From the NCBI RefSeq assembly GCF_964355755.1, contig NC_092673.1:22937648-23001647 (forward strand): a DNA stretch of 64,000 nt, in the 5' to 3' direction. Each line of letters starts with the position of its first letter. Positions within the stretch are counted from its first letter, which is position 1. The notes under the pieces were generated by a model. That model was given only the letters and a program-made list of their open reading frames with translations. It had not been told where the DNA came from and ran no database searches. The position numbers were made by a program, and so were the translations under genes. The DNA comes from Antedon mediterranea. Taxonomy: Eukaryota > Animalia > Echinodermata. Positions 12,625 to 27,300 of this stretch are shown piece by piece.

Positions 12625-13231
12625 CGGAGTTACTACCCCACTGTTTCTCTGAAAATAAAATTTGGGGGAAAAACCTTATTTATGCTTATAAAATGCATAT
12701 CAATAACGATAAATATAAGTGTGCCAAATTGTCTCAGGGCCGAATCGTCCCTCTACCTGAATCATACTAAAATTGCGCCCGGCCTACTAATATTAATAAT
12801 CACCTTGATAAAGATCTTATTAAAGGTAAACAAGATCTTTTGTATATTTTTTTGAGTTTTATGTAGGCCTATAGATTTTTTTTCAGATATTTTTAAGTTG
12901 GTCCTAATTAGGCCTCCATCAGCTAGAGGCAGACTGTAATTTAAATGAATGTAATAAAGTAATAATGAAATGATGGTTTAAACTTTTTAATTGTGTGGTT
13001 TTTAATTTGGTGTTTTTTTTTATACTGACATAAATTTAATAAATAAAATGAATAATGGAATTATAGATATTGAATCATTTACAGTATCCCATCACTGCAA
13101 GGTTATTGAAACTAGGTAAAGTGCATAACGTTCATACAGTATAAGATATTATAACTACAGTATGTGTACATCCTGTTTTAAGCCCTCCAACAAGAAGATT
13201 GTTTTACTCTCAAAACTATGGTCAAAGAAAA

Positions 13232-13296
13232 TCTTGAACCTGAGCACATGTTATGGCTTCTATGGTTTGCAGTGCCTTAACCACCTGACCACTGAA
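13232..13296 (-). mobile_element. tRNA-derived SINE head (same family as 30450-30590)
   Basis: Reverse complement reads gtggtcaggtggttaag...aaacc...gccataacat...ggttcaag (A and B boxes), matching the copy at 30450. Confidence 0.5.
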
Positions 13297-13479
13297 CTAG
13301 GTTAGTTTTTACTGAAGAATGCCAGTACAGAAATGAAACTTTGCTACATATTTCTTTAGTAATGCTTGCATAAGTTTCAAATATGTACGGTACAGATTTT
13401 ATTTTTGGTTATCAACCAGATCCACTGTCCTCATTAGGTTGGAACCTCAACACCAACAGTAATAATAATAATAATTTAT

Positions 13480-14400
13480 TAGGAAATGACACCTTTGCAT
13501 CGGTGGCACACACAGAAGTGGTGCATCCAATTTAACATAATACATCAAAACAATACATTATATGACGGATACAGGTTCTTAAACTATTTGCAAAAATATA
13601 ACAGAAAAATCATTACCAACATGGTAATATAGGTACTGTATTAAATTGTCCTACAGTATCATAGGTTTGAGTTGATAATTTTAAAAGGTATATAAAAATA
13701 AACATAAAATATAGTAAAGAGTTTATCTTACAAACCATTGTGTTTCAACATCAGGTACTGAAGACCTATAGTTGTTATCACAGGTGTATAATATTTACAA
13801 ATCTAAATACAAATATATAAAAGCAACAATACAAAAGAAAAACAATCTATAATATTGGGAGATTTAAGTTCTGACCGTTTCTCCCATGCAGCTCTTGTGT
13901 ATTGTTTACAAAACAAATCAAAAAAGGTCTTAGATTCTTTACAAATCGCAATAGAATCTCCACCTAAAATATACTGTAATTTATCATCAGCACTTGCTGT
14001 TGTGTAACGATTCCATGTGTCATAATCATTACAGAGTACAAGATTATTTTGTAGATTGGATAATTCTTTCATCCTAATATTATCAAATGCTTTACAGTTT
14101 AATAAAAAATGTTTAATGTCTTCAATTTTACCATTCCCACATAAAGTACAAAGACCGGACACATCATTGGACCAGTGTTTCTATTATTCAATATGCTGTA
14201 CCAATTCTAATCTTATGACAATCAAAATATGCTTTATATGATATTCATCATTTATATGTTTTAAATATGTCACCTGATTTATATTGTTACTGTAGTTAGA
14301 TAAAATTAAAAATTAATTAATTTGTCATAGTTTGAATCTTTGATACCAATCCCAATACCGAACAAACTTTAGCTTGCCAAAATGTTTGAATTTCCAGGAA
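13480..14400 (-). mobile_element. LINE 3' fragment (ORF2 C-terminal zinc-finger-like region, 3' UTR, (TAT)n tail)
   Basis: ORF 13803-14162 LCTLCGNGKIEDIKHFLLNCKAFDNIR (C-x2-C...H-x4-C). Minus-strand AATAAA plus an attattatt tail at ~13480-13500. Confidence 0.75.
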
Positions 14401-14429
14401 GTCTAATCTTAAGCTTAAGAAAAAACCCA

Positions 14430-15205
14430 TCTATTTTGACTTTTATATTAAGAATATTATACTTGAAAGAGTCTCTGTTCACAAAGACCTTGGTATTTTT
14501 TTAGATAGTTCATTAACCTTCTGTAAACATATTGATTTTATAGTCTCTAAATGCAACAGACTTTTGGGTTTTCTTTGGAGACATTGCAGACATATTAACG
14601 ATAAAAAGGCATTAGTTATTTTATACAAATCTTTAGTTAGGTCGAATCTTGAATTCTGCAGTGTTATTTTTAACTCTATTTCTCTTGCCCAGTCTTCTAG
14701 ATTACAAAGTGTTCAGAACAAGTTTTGTCGATTTTATGTGCGTAAATTTGGTTCTATTAGCAAAGACGTTCTTATTAATTTAGCGGGTAGGCGTAAGTTA
14801 TTTGATTTAATTTTTCTTTTTAAGGCTGTGAACTCAATTTTCCATGGTAATTTTGAAGTGTACTTTCCAATTTCTGTTCCACAATATCAATTGCGTAATC
14901 CTGCTTTATTTTCTATATCAAGAGGGAGGGTAAATATTACTAAAAATGGTTTTGTTAATCGTTTGCCTAAGTTATACCACTCACTATGTAAAATTGATGG
15001 ATCTGTTGATATTTTTTTTGATTCCCTTGCTTGTTTCCGTCACAAGGTTTTGTCTAATGTCAGTAATATTTAAATGTTGTCTTGTTATCTATTGATTTTT
15101 GCTTGTATATAATATGTTATATTTTACGACTTTCAACCCTGTTAATGGTGACGTTTGGTCACTGTAGGGTGATGATGAAATAAAATAAAATAAAAAAAAA
15201 ATAAA
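14430..15205 (+). mobile_element. CR1-clade LINE 3' fragment
   Basis: KDLGIFLDSSLTFCKHIDFIVSKCNRLLGFL...LYKSLVRSNLEFCSVIFN...LQSVQNKF. Ends in a (taaaa)n A-rich tail at ~15178-15205. Confidence 0.85.
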
Positions 15206-15537
15206 GTCTGATGACTATATTATTTTTTTATTTATACAATTACAACCAAAGCAAAAGTAGACATATCCATCATTTACAATGGTAATGAATAACAAAAACA
15301 CAGATAGGACAACAACATACACAATTTTCAATTATATCAGGAGTCATCTTCAATGACTGACAGTACATTTAAAGTTAATCAAGTTATTTATTATAAGGAC
15401 ATCTGCATATCAAGGAGAAGCTTCCGGGTTTGAGTCTCGGTTGGGGCGACATTTTCTCATTCTCACAGATTTCCTCATCTTATCGTTTCAAATTAATTAA
15501 TAAAATTTCAGTATATCACCGGGCGGTTTAGAATTAA

Positions 15538-16163
15538 AGCCCCATTCCCTACGTTTTTTAGATCTAATTTAAGATCACAAACTATATTTAATGTAAAAAT
15601 AATACTATATGATCCTATTGCGATAACTTTTTTCGTCTTTAAACGGTTAAAAATGTGAAAAATAAGTCGATTCTAATAATTATAGCGGCCCGCTATAAAT
15701 CCCAAAATGCATTGCGCGCGGATTGATATTTTTGTTTTTCACCTGTAATTCGCCCACTTTTCGATCGATCGTGAGGCCAAAACAAATGGAAGACTCCTAA
15801 CTTTTCAGCGAAAATACCGGGTTTTCCCCAATTTGTATCAACGGAGTCTGGCAAAAATAGAAAGACAATTAATGCAGCAACTATACAACGTCAGGCTAGG
15901 TATATAGGTAGCGTACGATGTTCGTACGTTACCGATGTTTACCAGCTAGGCCTACAAAACTAAGCCTAGCTAGGCTAGGCCTAAGACCGTCCACGAGAGG
16001 TCGATCGCCGCGAGCTACTTAGGTAGTGCATTGTTTCTCACTTTTTATCATAATTTACCATAAAACGTACATTTAAGACAAGGAATGACATGGTTTAATG
16101 TTTTTAAAGTGATATATATGTATTATTTTCCAAAAAACGTCCAAAATTGCAGGGAAGGGGTCT
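15538..16163. mobile_element. Non-autonomous DNA transposon with TTAA TSD (Kolobok-like)
   Basis: ttaa|agccccattccctacgttttt ... aaaattgcagggaaggggtct|ttaa. Purine-purine termini with a TTAA target site. Confidence 0.7.
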
Positions 16164-18075
16164 TTAATATTCTGCGCCTGACGTGTTTATAATAATTTGC
16201 CTTTAAACAAAATCATAATTAATGTATTGTTACAGGTTTTTTTATGTTTTATCATAAGTAGATCTATCTTGTTTATATGCATATCACCCTTACTTAAGTC
16301 TACGCACCTTTGTTATTTTATTTTGTACCTATTTTTACTGTTTTTTACACAAGATTAATGTTATTGTTTTAATTAGAATTTGGGCTTTAACGTAAAAATA
16401 AACAAAATTGTTTTACCATTTTTTAAAGAGTTATTTTTCTGGCTTTTTGTTCAAGCTTTATTAATATAATATGCCTGTTGTGATGTTAGTCAAGTACCAC
16501 ATGGCTAGTCTTTTAAAATAGCAGATTGTAGCAGCCAGCATAGAATAAAGAACAATAGGCAAATCAATACACTATTTGCTTGGGCTCAAATTGGAAAGGT
16601 GGAGAAGCGTGGTGAATGCATACAACAAAATGTTATTGTACTGCATGACCAATTCAATAGATATTTTGTCAATGGATCAGGAAAATAATAATAAAAATGA
16701 AATATTACTTAACTCACAAACAATCAAAAATATTTCCTAATGTATTAATTATTATATTAATTTATTTATAATATTATTCATATATTTATTCAAGGTTTAT
16801 TAAAATATATTTCAGTTGTAGCAAAAGCTGAATTAATAATATAATATTGACATTAAAGATAATAAAATGTATTATAAATGAAATACTTTATCATGAACAA
16901 ACTTATGTTATGTAAACCACCACCAAAACAGTCCAGTCAAAATGTAGTTTCAAGTACAGTAGGCCTATTGATACTAAATTCATATTCAACAATTTAATTA
17001 TGTACAGAATTTGATTATTATATTACTGAGGGCTGGACTCAATTTTAGTGATCACCCTATTTTCTAGCTTTTTCCAAAATAATATCTAAATCTATTTTTA
17101 TGTAGAATTTTAGAAAATAAAATTTTCAATACAGTACTACTGTATGCTAAGCAATTTTGAGACGAAAACGTTTTTGAACAGAGTTGTTATTCACTGGCTC
17201 TCAGTTTGTAATGTCATACAGTATGCCGCTCTATTATATTTTTTTTACCTTCTTTTTGAATTTTTTTTTTTCTCTCAGAATGTCCCTTGAATTTGTTTCA
17301 TTGTTGTTTTTTTACATCTATTATTTATTAAATTCGTTTCTGTAATTTCTGGCCCAACACAAGACAAACTATCTGCAGTTAGTATATCTTTAAAAAGATG
17401 GTTTAAGTAACAGTATAGTAACATACTGTATTAAAAAATATTGAAGAAATTCATCTTGTTTGAAAATACAAGTATTGTTTAAATTTATGAGTATACGGTT
17501 GCATATCACAGCACCAAATTACATTGCTTCATACCAGCTGTGAAGTATTGATGTTTTATCGTTACAGTCATAAATGCTCATTTGCATAACAATTAAATCA
17601 AAATTAGGCTTCAGTTCTATGTATGTTTACATATCAACCCTAGTTTTAAATAATGGTAATGTTTTATTTTATTCCGTTATACAGTATTTGCACGTATTTG
17701 ATTTGTCATTGTTTTATTAGTCTTCAGGATCTAATCTAATTGGTACAGTAGATATACTTATCATATTAATCATTTTATCAGATTTCCCATCTACTGTATG
17801 TTTAAGAACTTTTAATTTTGTACTAAATGTTGAAATAGTCAAGGAATGAATTTTAACAAATTTTAAAATTAACTAAATTTTAAAATAAAACACTAGAAAG
17901 CTCACCGAGTTACAGTACAATATTCTGAAAAAAATATTTATGTATTTTGAATAATAATAAATATTGATAAATAAAGGTAGTAACATAATATTCACTTTTA
18001 TGTTTATGAGGGTCACAAAAACAATTTAATGCTTGGATTATACACTAAAAAAATTTATAATAAAATTATAGAAAC

Positions 18076-18180
18076 CAGTGGTGTAATGACTATGAGCGCT
18101 CACTTGGCTAAACTACCCATCGTTGGAGGGCCCTTTAGAAGTGCTAAACCTAGGCCTTTTCCCTTTGTGTTACGCCACTG
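18076..18180. mobile_element. hAT-like MITE (CAGTGGCGTA termini)
   Basis: cagtggtgtaa...ttacgccactg; related to 21778-21876. TSD not evident. Confidence 0.5.
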
Positions 18181-18348
18181 AAACATATTAATACTAATAC
18201 CATGTCTTCTTTTTTTGTTTTATTTTCAGATTGGCCATAAATTGCTTGATGTCACACGGGTTAGCAATGTGAAAGGAGCCTGTCTGCCGTAATTTGTTTT
18301 CATTTATAGTTTTGTTGTATAGCTGTGCTGTACTGTCTCTTACCAACA

Positions 18349-21300
18349 ATGTTATCCAACTCAAGTAGACTGCTATTCCAATCTAGAAAATCAAGACTAA
18401 AATGTTTTTACATATTACTAGGACTTTGTGTATTTTGTACAGGTAAGTGAAGATTTTTGGGCTAACTGGACCTTACTCTTGACTTAACCCGTCAATTTCT
18501 GCACATATTGCATACTGTTTGCCTACGGGGGATGTTAAATCTGTCTTCTACATCGCCCTGGTTGTATAGTTATAGAAATGTTAGAAATGCTGAATTATGT
18601 TTTATATTATTATCATTCTTTTGCAAAACATGTTTGATTGCTGTACCTTTTATTTGCTTCCATATTTATTACAAATTTCAGGTTTTATAATTTAATTTTG
18701 ATTATTTATCTTGCAGTTGTGCAAAACACAGCAGCCCAAACTAATCAAGAAAAATTCATAGATATTGACGGTTACATCAAATACAATGCAGTCAGCGACA
18801 CGAATAATAATTATTTACGAGGAGCCGGGAATGTTCTTGAGATTCGTTTTCGTTACTGCAATGATTACGGGATGTTGTTGTACCAAAATGGCGGAAATAG
18901 TGGTACGGAGCAGAACTACTTCTTTGCTCTTGGAGTCAACTCCCAGAGAATTTATTTAGAATGGCGAGTGTCAAGTTCTTTAATAGAAGTAAGTAAACTT
19001 TTATGATCTTGTTTAAATTGTTAACAAATAATTTGTTAACAACTAATTATTAGTTTTAATTTGTTTTATTATTCAATAGATATTATAGATTGAATTTAAA
19101 ACTGAATAAATCTTTAGTTTGCTTTGCTTTTTTTTTTCGGCTACAGATACAGTAAAGATTGAAAATAGGACTGAATAAATCTGTAGTTTACTTTGCTTTT
19201 TATTTCAGCTATAGATACAGTATTATAGATTAAATTTAGGACTGAATAAATTTGTAACTTGATTTTTCTTTTTATTCCATAGCTATACATTGGTGAGGGT
19301 AATCTACAACCGAACACAACATACAGTGTAATAATATACAACCTGGGAACACCATTTGTAGGCAGTACTTTTGCCACAATTAATAGTCAGCCAGTGACTG
19401 TAGACTTTTTAACACCCTTCTCGCAAGGGGGACTTGATATGACATTACTTGCTGGAGATCTTTACATAGGAGGCTACGAAAATGTTAACGACCTCCGTGT
19501 GAATACTGAACGTTTAAACGGATATTTAGTTACATGTGTGCAATATATTAGGACTGATCAAACAACGATAAATCTAGATTTGTCTAGTGAACAGTATGGT
19601 GTTAGAGATGGTTGTCCAAATAATTTCTGTGCTCCTCCAACTGTTATCACTGTGGAATCAAGTACCGGTTATCTCGCTGTTAACCACCCATTACCTCCAG
19701 GAACAAGAACTATTATTGTACTTAAATTCAGAACAAGGTAATCAACTGAAAATCAGACATTCTGTATTTTTAAAGCTCCGTCAACATTGTCAAACTTTGT
19801 GTGACAAAAAATTGTCCACAATATTTAAGCATATTACTACCATATTTCGGCGCTATCACACTTTTTTTTGTCAAATCAGAGTTTTAGGGCCAAATTTTAT
19901 GCAGTTTATAAAAAAAATATTTTAAAAAAATCCTGATAATTTGCAGCCCTAGGGTTTTACTTTTAAAAGGTGATTTTACTGTTTGTTAATGTTAGAACCA
20001 GCCCACACTTCTCATCATGAGTGATTTTAAACTATTAAAAAAAAAGAATTCTTTACTATACTGGATGACCTTCAAGAGTACAGGACCAAAATCAGCACTC
20101 CAGTCGACAGTCCCATGTGTAATCTTCTCTTTAATAGTGTACCTCGGCTTTACCCTCCATCTAAAGGATGCAATGAGAGTAAAGTATCTTGCGTACTGTA
20201 ATTCAACCTAATCCAATGCCTCTTATATGCTAGTCCGATATCTTTACGCACTCTCAAAACTGTTTTTAGTTCTGGTACAGATCTTAAACTTTATATTTTT
20301 CTTTACAGAGCATCAAATGGAATGCTCCTATACTTTGGTGGGCCGGCATATCTCACTGTCTATATGGACAGTGGCAGGTTGATTCTTGGACTTAACACTA
20401 AAGTAAGCTATTGATACTATACTGAATTATAGCTAGTTATACCCCTTTTACACCGCCAGTAAAAATGCGGAGTTGATCCGGAATTGTATAACCCGAGTCG
20501 TACCCGGGACGCAAAAATGCGGAAATGTAGGTCGGTGTTTTTGTGTGTATTGCCATAAAATAAAATTGTGGGAGGTATAATGAGCAGACCGTTACTATGG
20601 TGTCTTCATGCGTGAGAGGGCGATATTTCGATTGATCTAGAACATTTACACGGGTTGGTATTTTTTCAGTGTAAATACACGCAACCCGTGTCATTCCCGT
20701 GTTATGAATCAGGTGTGAAAAGAAAATTTATCCGGACACGCCACGGGTTTGTTATACGCTCAGCGGTGTAAAAGGGGTATAATTAACATATCGTTTGAAT
20801 AAATATTATTTAAAGAGAATAAATATAGAATTGTAAATGTGCAAATTAGTTTTACATACAATCCTATGTTGATTGTTGTTATTTTTCAATATTTTTATTC
20901 ATTACTTTGTTTTTGAATTCATTTTCATAATCTTGTCTTGTTTTAGGGTGAAGGTGAAGGAGCATTTTCCAACCCATCATTCCTCACGTACAATGATGGC
21001 GCTTACTATTCAATACGAATATCACGTGAGGGCGGTGTTGCCAAGATGGAGAATGACATGGGTGTTGAACTTGCTCGAGTACAATACAGTAAGTATATTA
21101 ATGATATAATTATCTAAATTACAATCTAAAAAAACCTGATTTTTTTTAAAATAATAAGTTGAACATTTATAATTGTACTATAATGCTCTGTAATCTTTGA
21201 ATAAAGAAAGGAATAAAGAACACTTATGAAAGAAATATTTTATGAATAGACAGATTTAATGATTATATACAATACGAAAGATACCTCAGGGCAGGTTTCA

Positions 21301-24300
21301 CAGTAAAATTCCTGGTCATTTTGATATCCAATGTTTATGGATGGATGTGTCCTATATCAGAAGTGTGTAATAATAACTCATAGTACGCTTTTTGATTTGA
21401 ATACAGTAACATTCCAAATGTTTGACTAAACATAAAAACTCTAAATTTATTCTGTTTTAGCCTAAATTTTATTTTCTAAATTTTATCTTATTTTTTTGCC
21501 CGTGTCTTTTAGCTGGGGCCGCACAAACACTGAATGCAGGAGAACTAATGGTTGGTGGTGTGCGAGACACCGGCGTGATTCCAGCACCGTTTCCTACTAG
21601 TGCTTTGGTATCTTTACGTGGATGCTTTGAAGGATTGCGTTTTATCACGTACAGTATTTCCACAGAACCGCCTGAGCTCATTGACTTTGACGAGCAGGTG
21701 AAGGATGAAAGGTAATTTTTTTTTAATTTAGTTTTTTTCTCACATACAGTATTTCATCACAACAATAGCATAGTATTCAGTGGCGTAACGTTAACACTCC
21801 CAAGGGGCCCTCCAAATCTAGGCAGTTGCATTGACCACTGGGACCCCTGGGTTTAGCTCATAGCCGTTTCGCCACGATAGTATTACTTAGCTTGTTTCAC
21901 TCTTAAAATGTTAATGACACTATGCCAAACAATCTTGTGTTTTATTTACAGAGATGTATCTCATGGCGGCTGTTTCCCAACTCGTGTCTGTGAACCAGAA
22001 TGTCCAGCGCCCTCACAAGCTTGTAACTTTGAATGCTACTGTGCCCCTGGCTTTGAAGTCCTCTTTGCAAGCCCTCTACAGTGCAGAAATATCAATGATT
22101 GTGCCCCTAACCCATGTCTTAATGGCGCAACATGTCTGGACGGTATTCAAGATTATACATGCCAATGTACAATTGAATTCAATAAGGGTAAGTGAAGTTA
22201 TGTATATAAAGTAGCCACATTTAAGCAAATTACCCATGCAATGTTCTAATACTGTAAAACCAGAAATGTGCGCATTAAACTTGGGAAATTCGCCAATGAT
22301 TTTCAGAACTTTCAGTAGACCTAATACAATAGCTCATGCATTAGCGTCTTTATACCACAAAAGTCGCGCATATGTGATCTTGTTCAATATTTACTTGTTT
22401 GTACTTTATTTTTCAAATTCGCAAAAGTTTTATTTCACGAAAATGGCTGATGTAACCGATTCGCGAAAGTTTCTGGTTTTAAAATAATCAATTTAAGCTA
22501 ACTATTAACTGTTTATCAATGCTTCAACTTTTATTATTTTTAACTTTTATTTCTATAGGTAAAAATTGTTCAATTCCAAACTTCTGCATCCCAAACCAGT
22601 GCTTGAACAATGGACAATGTAACGACGGATTGAATGGCTTCAACTGCACATGTGCACCAGGATACACAGGAACGTTATGTGCAATTGAAATAGATGAATG
22701 TCAGAGTGGACCATGCAAGAATAACGCATTCTGTGTCGACCAAATTGCTGGATATATCTGCCAATGTCGTCCAGGTAAGAATGATAATGATAATTCATAT
22801 TTTAGAATTCATAATTTTCATGAGATATCTATGAAATCACAAATCAAATAAAACTGTTCAACTAAACAACATTTTTTTTAATAGGTTTTACTGGCTCTGA
22901 TTGCGAGATTGATATCGATGAATGTGCGTCTTTCCCGTGTTTAAATGCTGCGACCTGCACAGACTTTGTTAATGGCTATACATGCTCATGTGCACCTGGA
23001 TGGACTGGTTTGTACCATTTTGTTTCTTGGGGTGTTTGACATTTGTCAGTTGTGTACATATTTTTCAAATATAAGAATGTATGTTTTCCCCTCAATATGG
23101 TCTAATAATGAAGTACCAGTTATTATTATTATTAATCATGACAGTGTCTATATGACGTAAGTAATAATGTAACTTGTTTGCATTTTTTTAAAACTAGGCA
23201 CAACTTGTGCAGCTAACATCGACGAATGTCAGAGCAACCCATGTCGTAATGGGGCAATCTGCATAGATCAAGTCAATGCATACTTTTGCCAGTGTATGCC
23301 CGGCTGGGAGGGCGCCATCTGCAATCAAGACGTGAATGAGTGCGCATCCGTGCCTTGTCTGAATGGTGGTTTATGCACACATGGTATTAACTTCTACTCG
23401 TGTATATGTGCTCCAGGCTGGACTGGCAATAACTGCGAACAGGACATCAATGAGTGTTTATCGGTGCCTTGTCAAAATGGGGCGCTGTGTGTTGATTTGG
23501 TTAATTCATTTACATGCCAGTGCTCTGAAGGGTAAGTAAGAGTTCCTCTGAAATATCTTCAGGGCAGAGAGACTGATTTAATTTAGCAAGCAAAAACTTG
23601 CAATGACCAACAACATGCAAACACTTATAGATTCTATTATTTATTAATTTCAACCATTTCTAAGAAGCATTTTTAGTTTCCATTGTCTAGCATTCCAATG
23701 CTTCAAATTGAACAAAAGTGTTATTCTCACCATTGTATATTTTATCACTGTACCAACACACACTCTGCTTGTTTCTCAAAACTAAACTTAAAACAATTTC
23801 AGCACTACATCCATTTATCTTTTATGATCCTATAATTTTTACAACATTTATTTTGTCACCATTATGGTAAAGTGATCTTAATAATGGTTTTTTATTTATT
23901 TTTGTTCTTTTTTCATTTTGTTTGCGATTCTGATTTTTTTACCTGTTATTATTATTTTATTACCGTTATTGAATAAATGTTATTGAACTTAGAACTTAAA
24001 CTTGGAACTTGGTATACTTTCAAGGGACATGATAAGAATCTGTTTAACAATCAATATTTCAATTACAGTATTTGTGTTATACAATAGATTTTTTAATAAT
24101 ACATACTGATTTATTGAATTATTTGTAGGTATGAGGGGCGTTTGTGTGACGTTAACATAGATGAATGTGCGTCATTCCCGTGTTTGAACGGTGGAACTTG
24201 TAGTGATCGTATCAACGGTTACCTCTGTCAGTGCCCACCTGCTTGGAAGGGACTACTATGCGAGACCGAAGTCAACGAATGCGAATCATCCCCATGTCGA

Positions 24301-27300
24301 AACTCTGCAACCTGCAATGATGACATTGGTTACTTCACCTGCTCATGTTTGTCTGGTTTTGTCGGGACCTTCTGCGAGATCGATGTCGACGAATGCATTA
24401 GCTTACCTTGTTTGAATGGAGGAGGTTGCAATGATGTCATCAATGGTTACACATGTTCGTGTGCATCTGGTTTTCAAGGGATCATTTGCGAAATTGATAT
24501 TAACGAATGTGCTTCATCTCCGTGTTTGAATTCCGGTACGTGTCTGGATATTGTGAATGGTTACCAATGTGCATGCTCATCTGGCTGGACCGGTGCACGA
24601 TGCGGAGAAGAGGTCAATGAATGCGACTCAAATCCGTGTCAGAATTCTGGAACATGCATTGACCGTGTCAATAGTTTCTTTTGCAATTGTCCAGCTGGTT
24701 TTGAAGGTTTCAGATGCGATATCGATATTGATGAATGTGTTGGTAACATATGTCAAAATGGTGCAACATGCATAGATGGATTCAACTCCTACTCATGTCA
24801 GTGCCCACCAGGATGGGAGGGTGCTTTCTGTGAGCAGGACCTAGACGAGTGCCTCTCTGACCCTTGCGAGAATGGTGGTGTCTGTTACAACCGTGTTAAT
24901 GGCTTTTTATGTCAGTGCCCGTCTAATTTTCAAGGCCCAATTTGCGATCTTGATGTGAATGAATGTCTTACCGCGTTTCCATGTAATCCTCAACGAACAT
25001 CCTGGTGTAATAATACATACGGTGACTTCTCTTGCATTTGTAATCCTGGTTTTTTTGGGAAGACTTGCGATGAAGATGTTAACGAATGTGAAAGTAGCCC
25101 ATGCTTTTTTGATGGAACGTGCATTGATCTTGAAAACGGCTATCGTTGTGAATGTGGTGAAGAGTTCGTAGGTGACCGTTGCGAGGCTATCTTGCGTAAT
25201 TGCAACTTTAACCCATGTGGCCAGAATTCTGTCTGTGTCGAGCATCCAACAGGTATAGTATTCCACTTTATTCTCAACTTCATTTTATTTGTTGACCATA
25301 CACCTTTGCATCGGTGGCACTCACAATATGCGGTGTGGTCCAAGAAACCATACAGAACAGAACAAATTGAAAAATAAAAAAACATGATAAACTAAACTAA
25401 AAAAAAACACAAATAAAAACTATTTATTAAAATGTTATCAATTCTGAAATTCAGTTTTAAAAAATTTAATAGAAATAGAAATCTAACAATAAATGCCTGA
25501 AATAAGGCCTAATTTGACCACAATAAGCTAAAATCATTTGGATTGCCTCATTTTATTTTGCAGGTGGGCACACATGTTATTGTATCCCAGGCTTCTATGG
25601 TGATGTATGTGAGCTACAAGCCAATGAATGTGGATCCTCCCCATGTAGTAATGGAGGAACCTGTATAGATTTTATTAATGAATATAACTGTACCTGTCTA
25701 CCTGGTAAGTTTCAGCTGATACAACTAACTTTCCCACATATATTTTTCCACAACATCAACACTGTATTTTGGTATATATTTATGTAATTTGCAACATATC
25801 TATAACCTTAGAATTATTATTATTATTTAATTATATCAATGAATCTGTAAAAGAAGAATTGAAATGCAAAATCAGTGTTTCCTTTTACTTATTGTATAAG
25901 GTGCAACCCTTGGTTTGTTGATAATCTTTACTGTCTGTTCTGTTCAATAACAGAACATTTTTAACATACATGAACCACATTTTTGTTTTGGTTTCATTTT
26001 AGGTTTTGATGGATCCAACTGTGAATTTGACATAAACGAGTGCTCCAGTAGCCCATGCTTAAATGGAGCAATTTGCATTGAGCCTCAGCTTGATATGTAC
26101 CAGTGTCAGTGTCTGCAGGGCTATGAGGGTGATAACTGTGAGATTGATATCAATGAATGTGAGGTTTTCACACCTTGCCAGTCATATCAAGTGTGCATTG
26201 ATCTCATAAACAATGCAATGTAAGTAAACAAGGAATTGGATTTAATGAACAGTGACAGTCTACTGTTATGAAACTTAAGGTCCCTGCTTTTGCAAAAAAA
26301 TAGAGTTAGAACAATTTTCCTATTGAGAACCAAGACTTCTGTAAGCGTTTTCAATCAAATTGTTTGATGTATTTATTAATAGGGAGGTTTCGCAACCTTA
26401 CGAATACGATAACGAAAACGGATACATCATACATTTGTGAAACTTTTGAGCTGATCCCCATTTCATATTCGTAAAGTGTATTCGTGTTGACGAATATCAC
26501 CAGTCATATTCGTAACTACAAAACGAGTATAGTTTTTGATCTATTTTGCACATTTTGCATTTGAATTAGGAATGATTCATGATTATAATATAATTATAGA
26601 TTTATTGAAAGTAATTTACTAAAATGCCAGGTCAATTTAGATAAATAGCAGTTTTTAAAGTCCTCACTCGCTTTGATGTTATGCTAGGCCTAGACAGCCA
26701 AGCACCAAGCAACACGTACCTTCGCTTCGCTCAAATTTACCGCAGTCATATTTTGGACGCGCCTCAATATTTTGTTGCCATGCGAAACAGATTTTTTTAT
26801 GGCTTACGAAAACGAATACGTGTGCGTGACGTATCTGTTTTCGTTATCGTATTCGTAAGATTGCGAAACCTCTCTAATAACTAAGTCTCTGCTGAGTTTG
26901 TAGCAATGTATAATGTTGTATGCAGTGCCCCAATGAAAACAGTTTGAACTTTTTTGGGCTACCCTGGGTAGAAATGTAATAATAATGATAATTTATGTTT
27001 AAATAAAACTAAGATGTGAGCTAAACCACATTTACGGTGAGAAATAGATCACAGTAAGGAACCTCGGTTATGTACTTAGGGGCACCTTTGAGACCAATAA
27101 AATGTGCCCTTAACAAGTGTGTCCCCTGAATAGGAATTAGTTTAAGTGTTAAAACATCGTTTGTTTTATTATAAAAATTTCTCCTAAAAAAGGATTCTAC
27201 TATACTTGATTTATTAAATTTGATATATTAAAACTTGATTAAACATAAACATTTCCAGGTTGTGTTGCTTATAATTTCAATTTTTTCTATCAATTCTTAT

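Noticed and set aside
10603-12855. ORFs with repetitive KSPHR / MGRLC / WGDF peptides
   Set aside because: They are translation by-products of the stop-free TIR repeats.
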